Source of the DNA: an uncultured Alphaproteobacteria bacterium
GTDB lineage: Bacteria > Pseudomonadota > Alphaproteobacteria > Rhodospirillales > Rhodospirillaceae
Direction of reading: 5' to 3'
DNA length: 64,000 nt
NCBI GenBank assembly: GCA_902575965.1
Contig: CACGTM010000003.1
Coordinates: 20,660-84,659 of the forward strand
In this document: positions 9,554 through 19,361 of the stretch, piece after piece
Layout: every line of letters starts with the position of its first letter
Numbering within the stretch: position 1 is the first letter of the stretch
Notes under the pieces: model-generated
The model's input: only the letters and a program-made list of their open reading frames with translations
The model's database searches: none
What the model was told of the DNA's origin: nothing
Position numbers and translations under genes: made by a program

Positions 9554-11131
9554 ATGGATAGTAATCTGATTACAAGAGCACTCATATCAGTTTCAGATAA
9601 AAGCGGCCTTATTGAGTTTGCAGAATTCCTTCAAGGTTTTGACATTGAAATTATTTCTACTGGTGGTACCGCTAAATATCTAAGGGACAACGGGTTAGCA
9701 ATCAAAGAGGTTTCGCAAGTAACAAGTTTTCCAGAAATGTTAGGTGGTAGAGTAAAAACACTGCACCCTTTAATACATGGTGGCCTTTTAGGAAAAAGAA
9801 ATGATCCAACGCATAAAAAAGAAATGTTAAGTAACGGGGTAGAACGGATAGATATGCTGGTTGTAAACCTTTACCCATTTGAAGAAAAAGTTAATAGCGG
9901 TGCATTGCAGGAGGAGTGTATAGAAAATATTGATATTGGTGGTCCGGCTATGATTCGTTCTGCAGCTAAGAATTTTAATGATGTAGTTGTAGTAACAAAT
10001 CCGTCTGATTATCTAAGCGTTATAAAAGAAATGAAAAGTCAAAAAGGTTCAATCTCTATGTCAATGAAGAGGAATCTTGCATCAAAAGCTTTTAGTCTCA
10101 CTGCCTACTATGATAGTAAAGTATCATCATGGTTCAATAAAAATGAAGAAAATTATTTTCCTGACCTCCTATCATTATCAGCTAAAAAGTCTAAAGATCT
10201 AAGATACGGTGAGAACCCTCATCAAGACGCAGCCCTTTATACAGTAGAAAGACATAAAGCAAGTATTTCAAATTCTGTCCAACTGCAAGGAAAAGAATTA
10301 AGTTATAATAATTATAATGATACCGATGCTGCATTCGAGCTTATAAAAGAATTTGATGATCCTGCAGTTGCTATAATAAAACATGCCAACCCATGTGGTG
10401 TGGCAACTTCTCAAGATCTTTTAAGCGCATATTCTAAAGCACTCCAATGTGACAGTGTTTCCGCCTTTGGTGGTGTAATAGCAGTGAACAGAGAGATTGG
10501 TAAGGAGCTAGCATCGATGATACTAGATGTTTTTACTGAAGTGATCATAGCCCCAGGCTTTTCCAAAGAGGCAAAATTACTTTTCTCAACCAAGAAAAAT
10601 TTGAGACTTCTAGTCATCAATAATGAGAACCTTGTTTCAACAGATGAAAGACAAATAAAACCTGTATCAGGTGGTTTCCTAGTTCAAAATAAAGATAGTT
10701 ATAAATTAACAAAAAATGATTTGGATGTTGTAACAATAAAATCTCCAACTGAAGAGCAAATTAAAGATATGCTATTTGCATTTAGAGTAGCAAAGCATGT
10801 TAAGTCTAATGCTATTATTTATGCTAAAGACGGAGCAACAGTTGGAATAGGAGCAGGGCAAATGAGTAGAGTAGACTCATCACGAATAGCTGCAGAAAAA
10901 GCTAAAGATGCAGCCTCTAAGGCAGGTAAATCAAAAAGTTTAACAATTGACTCCGTCGTAGCATCAGATGCATTTTTCCCTTTCCCTGATGGTTTAATTG
11001 CTGCGATAGAGGCTGGTGCAAATGCTGTTATTCAGCCAGGCGGTTCTATTAGGGATAAAGATGTAATTGAAGCTGCTAATGAAAGGAACATTACAATGGC
11101 CTTCACTGGAATTAGGCACTTTAAACATTAG
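9554..11131 (+). CDS. purH: Bifunctional AICAR transformylase / IMP cyclohydrolase
   Basis: 525 aa. It has ALISVSDKSGL, GGRVKTLHP and KHANPCG, and ends FTGIRHFKH. Confidence 0.95.
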   Translation: MDSNLITRALISVSDKSGLIEFAEFLQGFDIEIISTGGTAKYLRDNGLAIKEVSQVTSFPEMLGGRVKTLHPLIHGGLLGKRNDPTHKKEMLSNGVERIDMLVVNLYPFEEKVNSGALQEECIENIDIGGPAMIRSAAKNFNDVVVVTNPSDYLSVIKEMKSQKGSISMSMKRNLASKAFSLTAYYDSKVSSWFNKNEENYFPDLLSLSAKKSKDLRYGENPHQDAALYTVERHKASISNSVQLQGKELSYNNYNDTDAAFELIKEFDDPAVAIIKHANPCGVATSQDLLSAYSKALQCDSVSAFGGVIAVNREIGKELASMILDVFTEVIIAPGFSKEAKLLFSTKKNLRLLVINNENLVSTDERQIKPVSGGFLVQNKDSYKLTKNDLDVVTIKSPTEEQIKDMLFAFRVAKHVKSNAIIYAKDGATVGIGAGQMSRVDSSRIAAEKAKDAASKAGKSKSLTIDSVVASDAFFPFPDGLIAAIEAGANAVIQPGGSIRDKDVIEAANERNITMAFTGIRHFKH

Positions 11132-11141
11132 TTTAAAATCT

Positions 11142-12392
11142 TTAATTTTCTTCTTTTACATATTGAAGGATTACTAGACCTGATATTAAAAATATTAATA
11201 CAGTAGCTAGACCAATCCTCTGGTTAGAAAAAATTAATGTAATTGTTCCAACTAAGAATGGGCCAACAAAACTAGTAATTTTTCCAGATAATGCATAAAT
11301 ACCAAACATCTCATTTCTTTTATTTGATGGTGTAATTCTTAACATTAGCGTTCTGCTTGATGATTGGATTGGGCCAAAAAAACTGGTCATTAGAAGCGAC
11401 ATAATCCAAAATTGTTGAATGCTTTGAGCAAAAAGGACACCTATTGTTGTTATAATTAAAGATATTAAACAAATGTTAATAGACTTTTTTGAACCAATAT
11501 AATCGTCAATCCATCCAAATAAAATTGACCCTAATCCTGCTGTAATATTTAGGGTTATACCAAAAAGTAAAATGTCGGAAAATTCCATTCCGAAAGTACC
11601 AGCTGCATAAATTCCTCCAAAGGCAAACATAGTATTAACCCCATCTATGTAAACCATCCGTGAAACCAAAAAAATAAAAATATTGGAGTAGTTTTTGAGG
11701 TTTTTAAATGTACTCCTGATTGACTCTCTTGCATAAGCAATTGCTACAAAAATATTTACTCCAGTTTTATTTCTATCTTGTGTGTATAAAAATATTGGCC
11801 AGCTAAATAATGCAAACCATATCGCTGTTAGAATCATTGAGGCTCTCACAGGTTCTGCTTCCTCATGATCAAGTTCAAATAATTTGAAAGGGGGGTCTAT
11901 AAAAATTCCAAGAGCAAGAAATAAGCAAATCAATCCTCCAAAGTATCCAAGCCCCCACGCTTGACCAGACAATTTACCAATTTCATTTTTTGGAACTAGG
12001 TCTGCTAACATAGTGTTATAAAACACATGACCCATTTCGAGTGCAATCGTTCCTATGACTGTAAGGGATAACGCAAATAAAATAAAATCCTCATATGGCT
12101 CAACAAACCACATTAATGCGGTAGATACTATACACAAAATAGTAAAAAAGGCTAACCATGGTTTTCTCCTTCCAGTTTGATCGGCAATGGAGCCAATAAA
12201 TGGACTCATTAAAGCAATAATTAATCCTGCAATTCCAGTGGCAGTTCCCCATAATGCGGTGCCTTTCTCAGGTGATGGCGCAACTACTTGAGTGAAATAT
12301 GTTGAAAATAAGAAAGTTGTCACAATTGTGGGAAAACTAGAATTTGCAAAATCATAAAGTGCCCACGATATTTTTTCTTTTTTATTTGTCAT
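11142..12392 (-). CDS. MFS transporter, UMF1/Atg22-like family
   Basis: 416 aa with about 12 TM segments. The N-terminus is WALYDFANSSF, typical of UMF1. Confidence 0.8.
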   Translation of the reverse strand: MTNKKEKISWALYDFANSSFPTIVTTFLFSTYFTQVVAPSPEKGTALWGTATGIAGLIIALMSPFIGSIADQTGRRKPWLAFFTILCIVSTALMWFVEPYEDFILFALSLTVIGTIALEMGHVFYNTMLADLVPKNEIGKLSGQAWGLGYFGGLICLFLALGIFIDPPFKLFELDHEEAEPVRASMILTAIWFALFSWPIFLYTQDRNKTGVNIFVAIAYARESIRSTFKNLKNYSNIFIFLVSRMVYIDGVNTMFAFGGIYAAGTFGMEFSDILLFGITLNITAGLGSILFGWIDDYIGSKKSINICLISLIITTIGVLFAQSIQQFWIMSLLMTSFFGPIQSSSRTLMLRITPSNKRNEMFGIYALSGKITSFVGPFLVGTITLIFSNQRIGLATVLIFLISGLVILQYVKEEN

Positions 12393-13330
12393 TCTTTAAT
12401 AACTTTTTTACTAAATAATTTTCTAATTTTATTTATTACTGAGAGTGCTAAAAGTGCTTCTTCTGCAGATGCTATTAAATTATTTTTACCTTTAATTTTT
12501 TTTATAAAATGATCAAGCTGCATTTCTAAAGCATCATTCATGGTTAATGAATAATCTTTACTCTCTGAAATATTATTTTTCGATATATGCTTATTAAATA
12601 AATCAGCATGAATATTGTAACTATCATAGTTTATTATTATTTCTCTTTTAGTTTCTTTACAATTTCTAGATACATGTAATTTTAATTCAATATTATCATT
12701 GGTTACAATTTTTATTTCAGATTCTTCTTTTATATTATTGTCCTGATTAAAATAAAAACTTTTGAAAAAGAACGGTTCTGAAATTCCTAAAAAGTTTACT
12801 AAATCAATATCATGAATCATGAGATCTAATAATACATCATCAGTATAATTAAAGTTAGTTAGAGCGTTTAGCCTGGTTAGTTTTATACTAATAGGTTTAG
12901 CGTTACCCTTTATTATCTCTTTCAATTTTAGCACACATGGATTAAATCTTTCTGAATGCCCACTAGCTAAAACTACTTTTTTATCATCAGCAATCGAAAT
13001 TAATTCTTTTGCATCATTTTCATATAATGTAATAGGTTTCTCAACTAAACAGTGTATTCCGTTAGATAATAATATTTTGGCAATTTCAGCATGTTTGTCT
13101 GTGGGGGAAGCTATTATAGCTATATCAATATTTTTAGTGAAGTCTGAAATTTCCCTTATTGTTTTAATATTATACTCTAGTCCAATTTTATTCTCTATTT
13201 TTATATTTTTGTCGTGTACTGCAATTAAACTTACATCAGAGGAGTTAAGGCATGTTTTCATATGCTTTACTCCCATTCTACCTAGGCCAATGATTCCAAC
13301 TCTAAATTTTTTTCTTGGTTTTAAAGGCAC
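12389..13330 (-). CDS. Gfo/Idh/MocA family NAD(P)-dependent oxidoreductase (PtmF-like position)
   Basis: It has an N-terminal Rossmann motif (RVGIIGLGRMG) and LVEKP. Confidence 0.8.
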   Translation of the reverse strand: MPLKPRKKFRVGIIGLGRMGVKHMKTCLNSSDVSLIAVHDKNIKIENKIGLEYNIKTIREISDFTKNIDIAIIASPTDKHAEIAKILLSNGIHCLVEKPITLYENDAKELISIADDKKVVLASGHSERFNPCVLKLKEIIKGNAKPISIKLTRLNALTNFNYTDDVLLDLMIHDIDLVNFLGISEPFFFKSFYFNQDNNIKEESEIKIVTNDNIELKLHVSRNCKETKREIIINYDSYNIHADLFNKHISKNNISESKDYSLTMNDALEMQLDHFIKKIKGKNNLIASAEEALLALSVINKIRKLFSKKVIKE

Positions 13331-13333
13331 ACC

Positions 13334-14485
13334 TTATCCTTTAATAGCTTCACGTATTGCCGATATAATAAAATATTGCGTATCTTCATCCAAATATGGA
13401 TGCATTGGGAGGCTTAGAACTTGTGTTGCTAATTTTTCAGTAAAAGGCAAGCCTTTTTTCGGCATTGGATAACCTAAGAAGGGTTTTTGTAAGTGTAAAG
13501 GAAAAGGATAGAATAATGCTGAAGGAATACCTTTTCCTGATAAGTATGAAGATATACTGTCTCTTCTATCTGATATTATTGTATATTGGGCCCAGACTGA
13601 TTGAGCTTCTTCAATTACCACTGGTGTTTTGAGTATAGAACAAAGTTCTTTGGTGTATATCTCTGCAACCTTATTTCTCTGAACACATTCATTATTAAAT
13701 ATTTTTAACTTTTCAAGTAAAACCGCAGCTTGAATTGAGTCAAACCTTGACGTTAAACCGAGTGTCTCAGATTTTCTTAATTTATCTTTGTAGCCATGTG
13801 TTCTTATTGATTTCATTTTATTGAATAAATCTTCATCATTTGTGAGTATGGCACCTCCATCTCCGTAACATCCTAGAGGCTTTGAAGGATAAAAGCTTGT
13901 TGCGGTTACTTTTGCAAAAGACCCTATTGGTTTAGATTTATAATTTGCTCCAAAGCTTTGTGCAGCGTCATCAAGTATCCACAGATTATACTTCTCTGCG
14001 ACTGAGATAATAGAATCAAAGTCTACAGGTTGTCCAAATAAGTCAACTGTTATGATGGCTTTAGGCTTTCCTCCTGACCGAAGACATTCTTTTATTGATG
14101 ATTCTAGATTTTCTGCATCCATATTGAATGTACGGCTATCTATATCTACAAAGAATGGTATTGCTCCTCTTAAGGCAATAACTTCTGCCGATGAAGTAAA
14201 TGTAAATGATGGAACAAAAACTACATCATCTTTCTTAATATTTGCTGCCATTAAGGGAATTGTTAGCGCATCGGTCCCGCTACCACAAGTAATACAGAAA
14301 TTTGTATTACTTCTCTTTGCTAATTCTACCTCAACATTTAATACTTCTGGACCCATAATAAACTCGCCATGAGAAAGAACTCGTTTAATAGCCAAATCAA
14401 GGTTTTCTCTTATTAAATTTTGTTGAGAAGTTAGGTCAATAAATGGAAGATTAGTGACACTGGTTTTTTTCATGTACTTAGCCAA
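13334..14485 (-). CDS. DegT/DnrJ/EryC1/StrS PLP aminotransferase (PglE/LegC-like)
   Basis: 383 aa with FIMGPEV, CGSGTDAL, DAAQSFG and SFYPSKPLGCYGDGG. Confidence 0.9.
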   Translation of the reverse strand: MAKYMKKTSVTNLPFIDLTSQQNLIRENLDLAIKRVLSHGEFIMGPEVLNVEVELAKRSNTNFCITCGSGTDALTIPLMAANIKKDDVVFVPSFTFTSSAEVIALRGAIPFFVDIDSRTFNMDAENLESSIKECLRSGGKPKAIITVDLFGQPVDFDSIISVAEKYNLWILDDAAQSFGANYKSKPIGSFAKVTATSFYPSKPLGCYGDGGAILTNDEDLFNKMKSIRTHGYKDKLRKSETLGLTSRFDSIQAAVLLEKLKIFNNECVQRNKVAEIYTKELCSILKTPVVIEEAQSVWAQYTIISDRRDSISSYLSGKGIPSALFYPFPLHLQKPFLGYPMPKKGLPFTEKLATQVLSLPMHPYLDEDTQYFIISAIREAIKG

Positions 14486-14600
14486 TTTTAAATTTTAGAA
14501 TATTTATCTTGAAAATAAATATGTTAAGTGTCTCAATCAATTTGAATAATTTAATTATTTATAGCATGATAATTAAGACTTTTTATTGAGGTATTCGATA

Positions 14601-16346
14601 ATGGTATACAACAAAAAAAATCTCGAAAAAAGATCAATTTTTCAAAGACTCATTAGAGATGCAGTCTTTCCCTATAAAAATAAACTTATTTTAGCAGTTT
14701 TTTTTATGATAATCATAGCTATTACTACAGCAGTTTTAGCTTGGCTCATGGATCCAGTAGTAAACCAAATATTTATTCGTAAAGATACGTCTCTTCTATG
14801 GTATGTTGGAGGGGCAGTTTTCTTCTCTTTTGTAATCAAGGGGTTTTCAACATACGCGGAAGCTAAGATAATGGCTAATGTCGGACAATCAATACTTGCT
14901 GACATGCAAAACAGGTTATTTTCTCATTTAATTCTTCAAGATCTGGCCTTCTTTCAGTCAAACTCAATTGGAAGCTTAGTCTCAAGGTTTACAACCGATA
15001 TTGTAATGATGCGAAGAGTAGTTTCCACTGGCTTAACGGGTTTAGGGAAGGATACACTATCTGTATTATTTCTTGTTATTTTAATGTTTTATCAAGATTG
15101 GTTTTTAGCGACAATAGCGTTTATTGTTTTCCCTATTGCAATTATACCTATTGCTTTACTAGGTAAAAGAATAAAACAGGCAACAAAAAACACTCAAATT
15201 GAAACAGGAAACTTTTTATCCTTCTTACAGCAGGCTTTTGTTGGCATCAGAATGGTAAAATCATATAAAATGGAGGAGTACCAAAAATTAAAAGCCTCAG
15301 AAATAATTAATAAGATTAAGAAATATGCGATTACTGGTGATGGAGTCAAAGCAATTACATCACCGCTCATGGAAACGTTTGGAGGAGTGGCAGTAACAAC
15401 AGTAATAATTTATGGAGGTTGGGGCGTCATAAACGAGTCAACAACCCCAGGGGCTTTCTTTTCATTTATAACTGCTCTGATAATGGCTTATCGACCAATG
15501 AAATCTTTGGCAGGAATCCATTCACAGATACAGGAGGGCTTAGCGGGGGCAGAGAGATATTATAATATTATGGACACAAAGAGTGCAATTGTAACTCATA
15601 CAGATTCATTGCCCATATTTAAATTATCGGGTTCAATTAGTTTTGAAGATGTTTCTTTTGCATACGAAAAAGAAGAAGTTGTTTTAAAGAACTTGTCGCT
15701 TAATGCTGAGGAAGGAAAAACAACAGCCATAGTTGGTAAATCCGGTTCAGGTAAATCTACGATCTTGAATCTATTGGCAAGGTTTTATGATCCGAGCTCA
15801 GGAATAATTAAGATAGATGATAAAGATATTTCAAGTATTAATATTCACTGTTTGAGGGATTCAATTTCCATTATTACTCAGGATATAATTATCTTCGATG
15901 ATACAGTTGAGTCAAATATACGGTTTGGTGACCCCACTGCAGGTTTAGATAAGATTATTGAGGCGGCAAAAAGTGCAGGTGCGCATGATTTTATAAAAAA
16001 AATGTCTCAGGGTTATGATACTTATGTCGGCGAGAGGGGGGAGAAATTATCTGGGGGAGAAAAACAACGTATAGCTATCGCAAGAGCCATACTAAGGGAT
16101 GCGCCAATTCTAGTATTAGATGAAGCTACGAGTTCATTAGATCCTGAAACTGAGAAAATTGTTCAAGGAGCGATGAATAAGTTAAGAAGAGGAAGAACAA
16201 CTATTATTATTGCTCACAGACTAGAAACGATTAGGGACTCAGATAAAATAATTGTCATCGATAATGGTAAAGTTATTTGTTCAGGAACGCACGAGGAGTT
16301 AGTAAGCTTGAGTCAAGAATATCTTACCCTCTATGACATTCATTAA
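14601..16346 (+). CDS. ABC exporter with fused TMD-NBD, MsbA-like
   Basis: It has six TM helices, Walker A (GKSGSGKST), the signature LSGGEKQR and Walker B (ILVLDEATS). I prefer the ATG at 14601, 9 nt after GAGG, to the track's TTG at 14586. Confidence 0.85.
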   Translation: MVYNKKNLEKRSIFQRLIRDAVFPYKNKLILAVFFMIIIAITTAVLAWLMDPVVNQIFIRKDTSLLWYVGGAVFFSFVIKGFSTYAEAKIMANVGQSILADMQNRLFSHLILQDLAFFQSNSIGSLVSRFTTDIVMMRRVVSTGLTGLGKDTLSVLFLVILMFYQDWFLATIAFIVFPIAIIPIALLGKRIKQATKNTQIETGNFLSFLQQAFVGIRMVKSYKMEEYQKLKASEIINKIKKYAITGDGVKAITSPLMETFGGVAVTTVIIYGGWGVINESTTPGAFFSFITALIMAYRPMKSLAGIHSQIQEGLAGAERYYNIMDTKSAIVTHTDSLPIFKLSGSISFEDVSFAYEKEEVVLKNLSLNAEEGKTTAIVGKSGSGKSTILNLLARFYDPSSGIIKIDDKDISSINIHCLRDSISIITQDIIIFDDTVESNIRFGDPTAGLDKIIEAAKSAGAHDFIKKMSQGYDTYVGERGEKLSGGEKQRIAIARAILRDAPILVLDEATSSLDPETEKIVQGAMNKLRRGRTTIIIAHRLETIRDSDKIIVIDNGKVICSGTHEELVSLSQEYLTLYDIH

Positions 16347-16358
16347 ATAATAAAAAAA

Positions 16359-18536
16359 TTATAGTTTTAGCTTATCTAAAATTATGGACTCAAAAACATC
16401 AGATATTTCATCTATAGATTTTTTATCATCAAATAAAATATCTGAAGACTCTAGGATTTTATTTTTTATAGTTTCCCTAAAGCTTTGATTGTTTGCTAAT
16501 TTATAAGCAATGTCAACATATTCACTTGGAGTTTTTGCAACACAATCTAAGACTCTAATTCTTTTATAAAATGCTAATGTATGTCTTCCTCTCATGAACT
16601 CACCTGGCAAATGAACTACGGGTGTTCCAACAGCTAAACTTTCAAGTGTTGTTTTTCCACCAGACCATTCTGGTATATCTAATAAAACATCTGAGCATTT
16701 CAGAAGTGAAGGAAAGTCTGAAGAATAAACTCTATTAATTAATTTTACTCTTTGAATATTTTCTCCAATCTTTTTTTCAAGTCTGTTAATAAAATGCTCA
16801 TCAGATTGTGAATATAGTGATAAAAAATAAACTAAACCATTTGGATCTTTTTTTAATAAAGCATCTACTATTGAGTCAAAATCAGGATGAATTTTGAACA
16901 AAGACTGTGCACATAAGTAAGATTTTTTTTCTGGGTCAATACCAAATATTTTAGCATCAGGGTCTTTAATCGGCAATGCTGGTTTCTTAACGCATATTGA
17001 AAGTTGCTTTAGTCTAATCAGTTTCTCGGTGTAATGAGTTTTGGATTCCGGCGTTTCCATATTATCTACTGATAAGAAAAAATCTATATTTGGTATTCCG
17101 CTTGTAACTGGATGGCCCCAACCCATAATTTGTATAGGTGCAGAACGCGAGAATGACAGAAAATAAACAAGGTCTTCCATCCCAATTTCTGGGTAGTAGA
17201 GAATATGGGTTTTTTCATTTGCAATTAATTTCCTTGATTTATTTAGGTTGCTTGGCAGGTCTATTACTTGATCGGCTAATTTTGCAATTTTGGGGGCAAA
17301 TTTGTCTTCTACTGGAATAGGCGGAGCCCTGAAAAGAATTACTTCAAATCGTTTTCTGTCAAGATTTTCAATTAGGCCACTTGTAAGATATCCCACAGTA
17401 TGATCCCTTAAAAAGCTCGATACAATACCAACTCTATATTTATTTGTTGCTTTAATTTCTTTTATGTGTGGGGATTCATTTTCTAACTCTGGGCAGCATT
17501 TAATATAAAAATCTGAAATTTTCTTTTGTATTTCATTATCATTCAGCCCCTGATATCCAAGAAGGAAGTTTGAGAAACCACCAGAAGCTAGGGGGTCTTT
17601 TATTGATGTAGGCTTTATTTTCTCAATTTGGGCTAATGCATTTCTTCTGTCTTGAAGTATTTGTTTTTTACTAACAGATATTACTGGCAAGATTAATTCA
17701 TATTTTAAATGTATCAAAGTTCTAAAATCTGGAGATATATCAAGACTTAATAGGGACTTGTAATGTTTTTTGGCATTTACAATATTACCTCTTCTTTCTT
17801 CTGTTTTTGCTAGTAAATATATTCCTTTAATATCATCTTCTGCTAAAGAAATTAGTCTCTCAAGCTCATTGAATGCTAATTCCAATTTTCTACTTTCAAA
17901 ATAAGCTTGTGCTAGTGATCTTCTTGCATCGATATTTTCTGGTGAGCTTTCGACTGCTAGCTTACCTGAGTTGATAGCAAAATAAGGTTGACCCAATGCC
18001 AAACGGGCATCTGTAAGAAGTCTTAAAGTTTCTCCGTGGTTTTGCCTTGCCTTATCCGCTTGTACTAGCCATCTTTCAGCTTGCTCTGGATGACCATACA
18101 TAAGAAGTAGCCGACCACAATTAAACGCGGCTGCAGCTTGCGACGGATCTCTTGTACATATAGTCATAAAGGTATTAATTGCTGCTTTAATATTTCCAGA
18201 TCTTCCGTAAGCCGCGCCAAGGTTATTAAGTATCTGAGTGTTATTTGGTTGAGCTTGTGATGCTCTTGATAGGAAATATATAGCCAGTTTATCTTCTTTT
18301 TGATGGTAGTGGTAAGTACCAAGTCTAAATAGAATATCAGGAGAAGATGGATCTATAATGTATGCTTGATCATATAGGTCCTTAGCATCATCAAATACCC
18401 TAGCTCTAAATAACCAGTCAGCTCTTTCTATAAAATTCTTAAATGGGTCATAGTCTTCAGGGTGATTTTTTAAGTAATTATCTAGTATTTCATCATTCAT
18501 ATTATCTAAATAGATCAGATTTTTCTTTATGTCCAC
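16359..18536 (-). CDS. TPR-repeat protein with a C-terminal GT41 (O-GlcNAc-transferase/SPINDLY-like) glycosyltransferase domain
   Basis: 725 aa. TPR-like repeats fill the N-terminal ~300 aa. The C-terminal half resembles GT41 (YRVGIVSSFLRDHTVGYL..., GWGHPVTSG, GGKTTLESLAVGTPVV). Confidence 0.7.
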   Translation of the reverse strand: MDIKKNLIYLDNMNDEILDNYLKNHPEDYDPFKNFIERADWLFRARVFDDAKDLYDQAYIIDPSSPDILFRLGTYHYHQKEDKLAIYFLSRASQAQPNNTQILNNLGAAYGRSGNIKAAINTFMTICTRDPSQAAAAFNCGRLLLMYGHPEQAERWLVQADKARQNHGETLRLLTDARLALGQPYFAINSGKLAVESSPENIDARRSLAQAYFESRKLELAFNELERLISLAEDDIKGIYLLAKTEERRGNIVNAKKHYKSLLSLDISPDFRTLIHLKYELILPVISVSKKQILQDRRNALAQIEKIKPTSIKDPLASGGFSNFLLGYQGLNDNEIQKKISDFYIKCCPELENESPHIKEIKATNKYRVGIVSSFLRDHTVGYLTSGLIENLDRKRFEVILFRAPPIPVEDKFAPKIAKLADQVIDLPSNLNKSRKLIANEKTHILYYPEIGMEDLVYFLSFSRSAPIQIMGWGHPVTSGIPNIDFFLSVDNMETPESKTHYTEKLIRLKQLSICVKKPALPIKDPDAKIFGIDPEKKSYLCAQSLFKIHPDFDSIVDALLKKDPNGLVYFLSLYSQSDEHFINRLEKKIGENIQRVKLINRVYSSDFPSLLKCSDVLLDIPEWSGGKTTLESLAVGTPVVHLPGEFMRGRHTLAFYKRIRVLDCVAKTPSEYVDIAYKLANNQSFRETIKNKILESSDILFDDKKSIDEISDVFESIILDKLKL

Positions 18537-18590
18537 TTGTGTTTATATACCGAATTGGTAAGTTCATTGTATATTTTTTTAGGAAATAAA

Positions 18591-19361
18591 ATGGACTCTA
18601 AAGAGAAAGTAAATAATTACGCTAAAGGTTTTCCAATTGCTAGTTTAGCTTTTGAAGGTTCTGTTATGAAATATGGTGTTCCAAACAATGCCTCATTATG
18701 GAGGGTCTCAACATTTGAAACAAAGGAGCCAGAGACTATAAAATGGATTTCTAGTTTTAAAGAAGGCGAAGTTTTCTTTGACGTTGGAGCAAATATGGGA
18801 CTGTACACAATATTTGCTGCTGTGCATAAAAAAGTTAAAGTATTTGCATTCGAACCTGAGTCCCAGAACTATGCGCTTTTAAACAGGAATATAAGACTTA
18901 ATGACTTGGCTGATAATGTTGTTGCTTGGTGCTGTGCACTCTCAAATGCTTTTATGGTTGATAGGTTATATATGCGTGGGCTTGAAGTTGCTCAGTCAGG
19001 TCATGAATTTGGAGCAGAAGTTGATACTGCCTTAAGACCCAAAAAAGCTTTGTTTGCTCAGGGCAGTATTAGTTATAAGCTTGATTCTTTGGTTGAGTCT
19101 GGGGCCATCCCAATACCTAATCATGTAAAAATTGACGTTGATGGTATAGAGCATCTAGTAGTTGAAGGGGCTATAAAAACATTTACAGATAAAAAACTTC
19201 GGTCTGTTTTAATAGAAATTAGTCCCCATATTTCTGAGCATATCGAGATTTGTAGTAAAATGAAGACTCTTGGATTTACTTTTGACAGTGATCAAGTAGA
19301 GAGAGCTAGAAGAAAAGAAGGAAGCACGAAAAATTATGCAGAATATATTTTTAGGCGCTAA
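18591..19361 (+). CDS. FkbM-family SAM-dependent methyltransferase
   Basis: It has the FFDVGANMGLYT motif and IDVDGIEHLV. I chose the ATG at 18591, after AGGAAA. The track's start at 18537 would abut the divergent GT41 gene. Confidence 0.75.
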   Translation: MDSKEKVNNYAKGFPIASLAFEGSVMKYGVPNNASLWRVSTFETKEPETIKWISSFKEGEVFFDVGANMGLYTIFAAVHKKVKVFAFEPESQNYALLNRNIRLNDLADNVVAWCCALSNAFMVDRLYMRGLEVAQSGHEFGAEVDTALRPKKALFAQGSISYKLDSLVESGAIPIPNHVKIDVDGIEHLVVEGAIKTFTDKKLRSVLIEISPHISEHIEICSKMKTLGFTFDSDQVERARRKEGSTKNYAEYIFRR

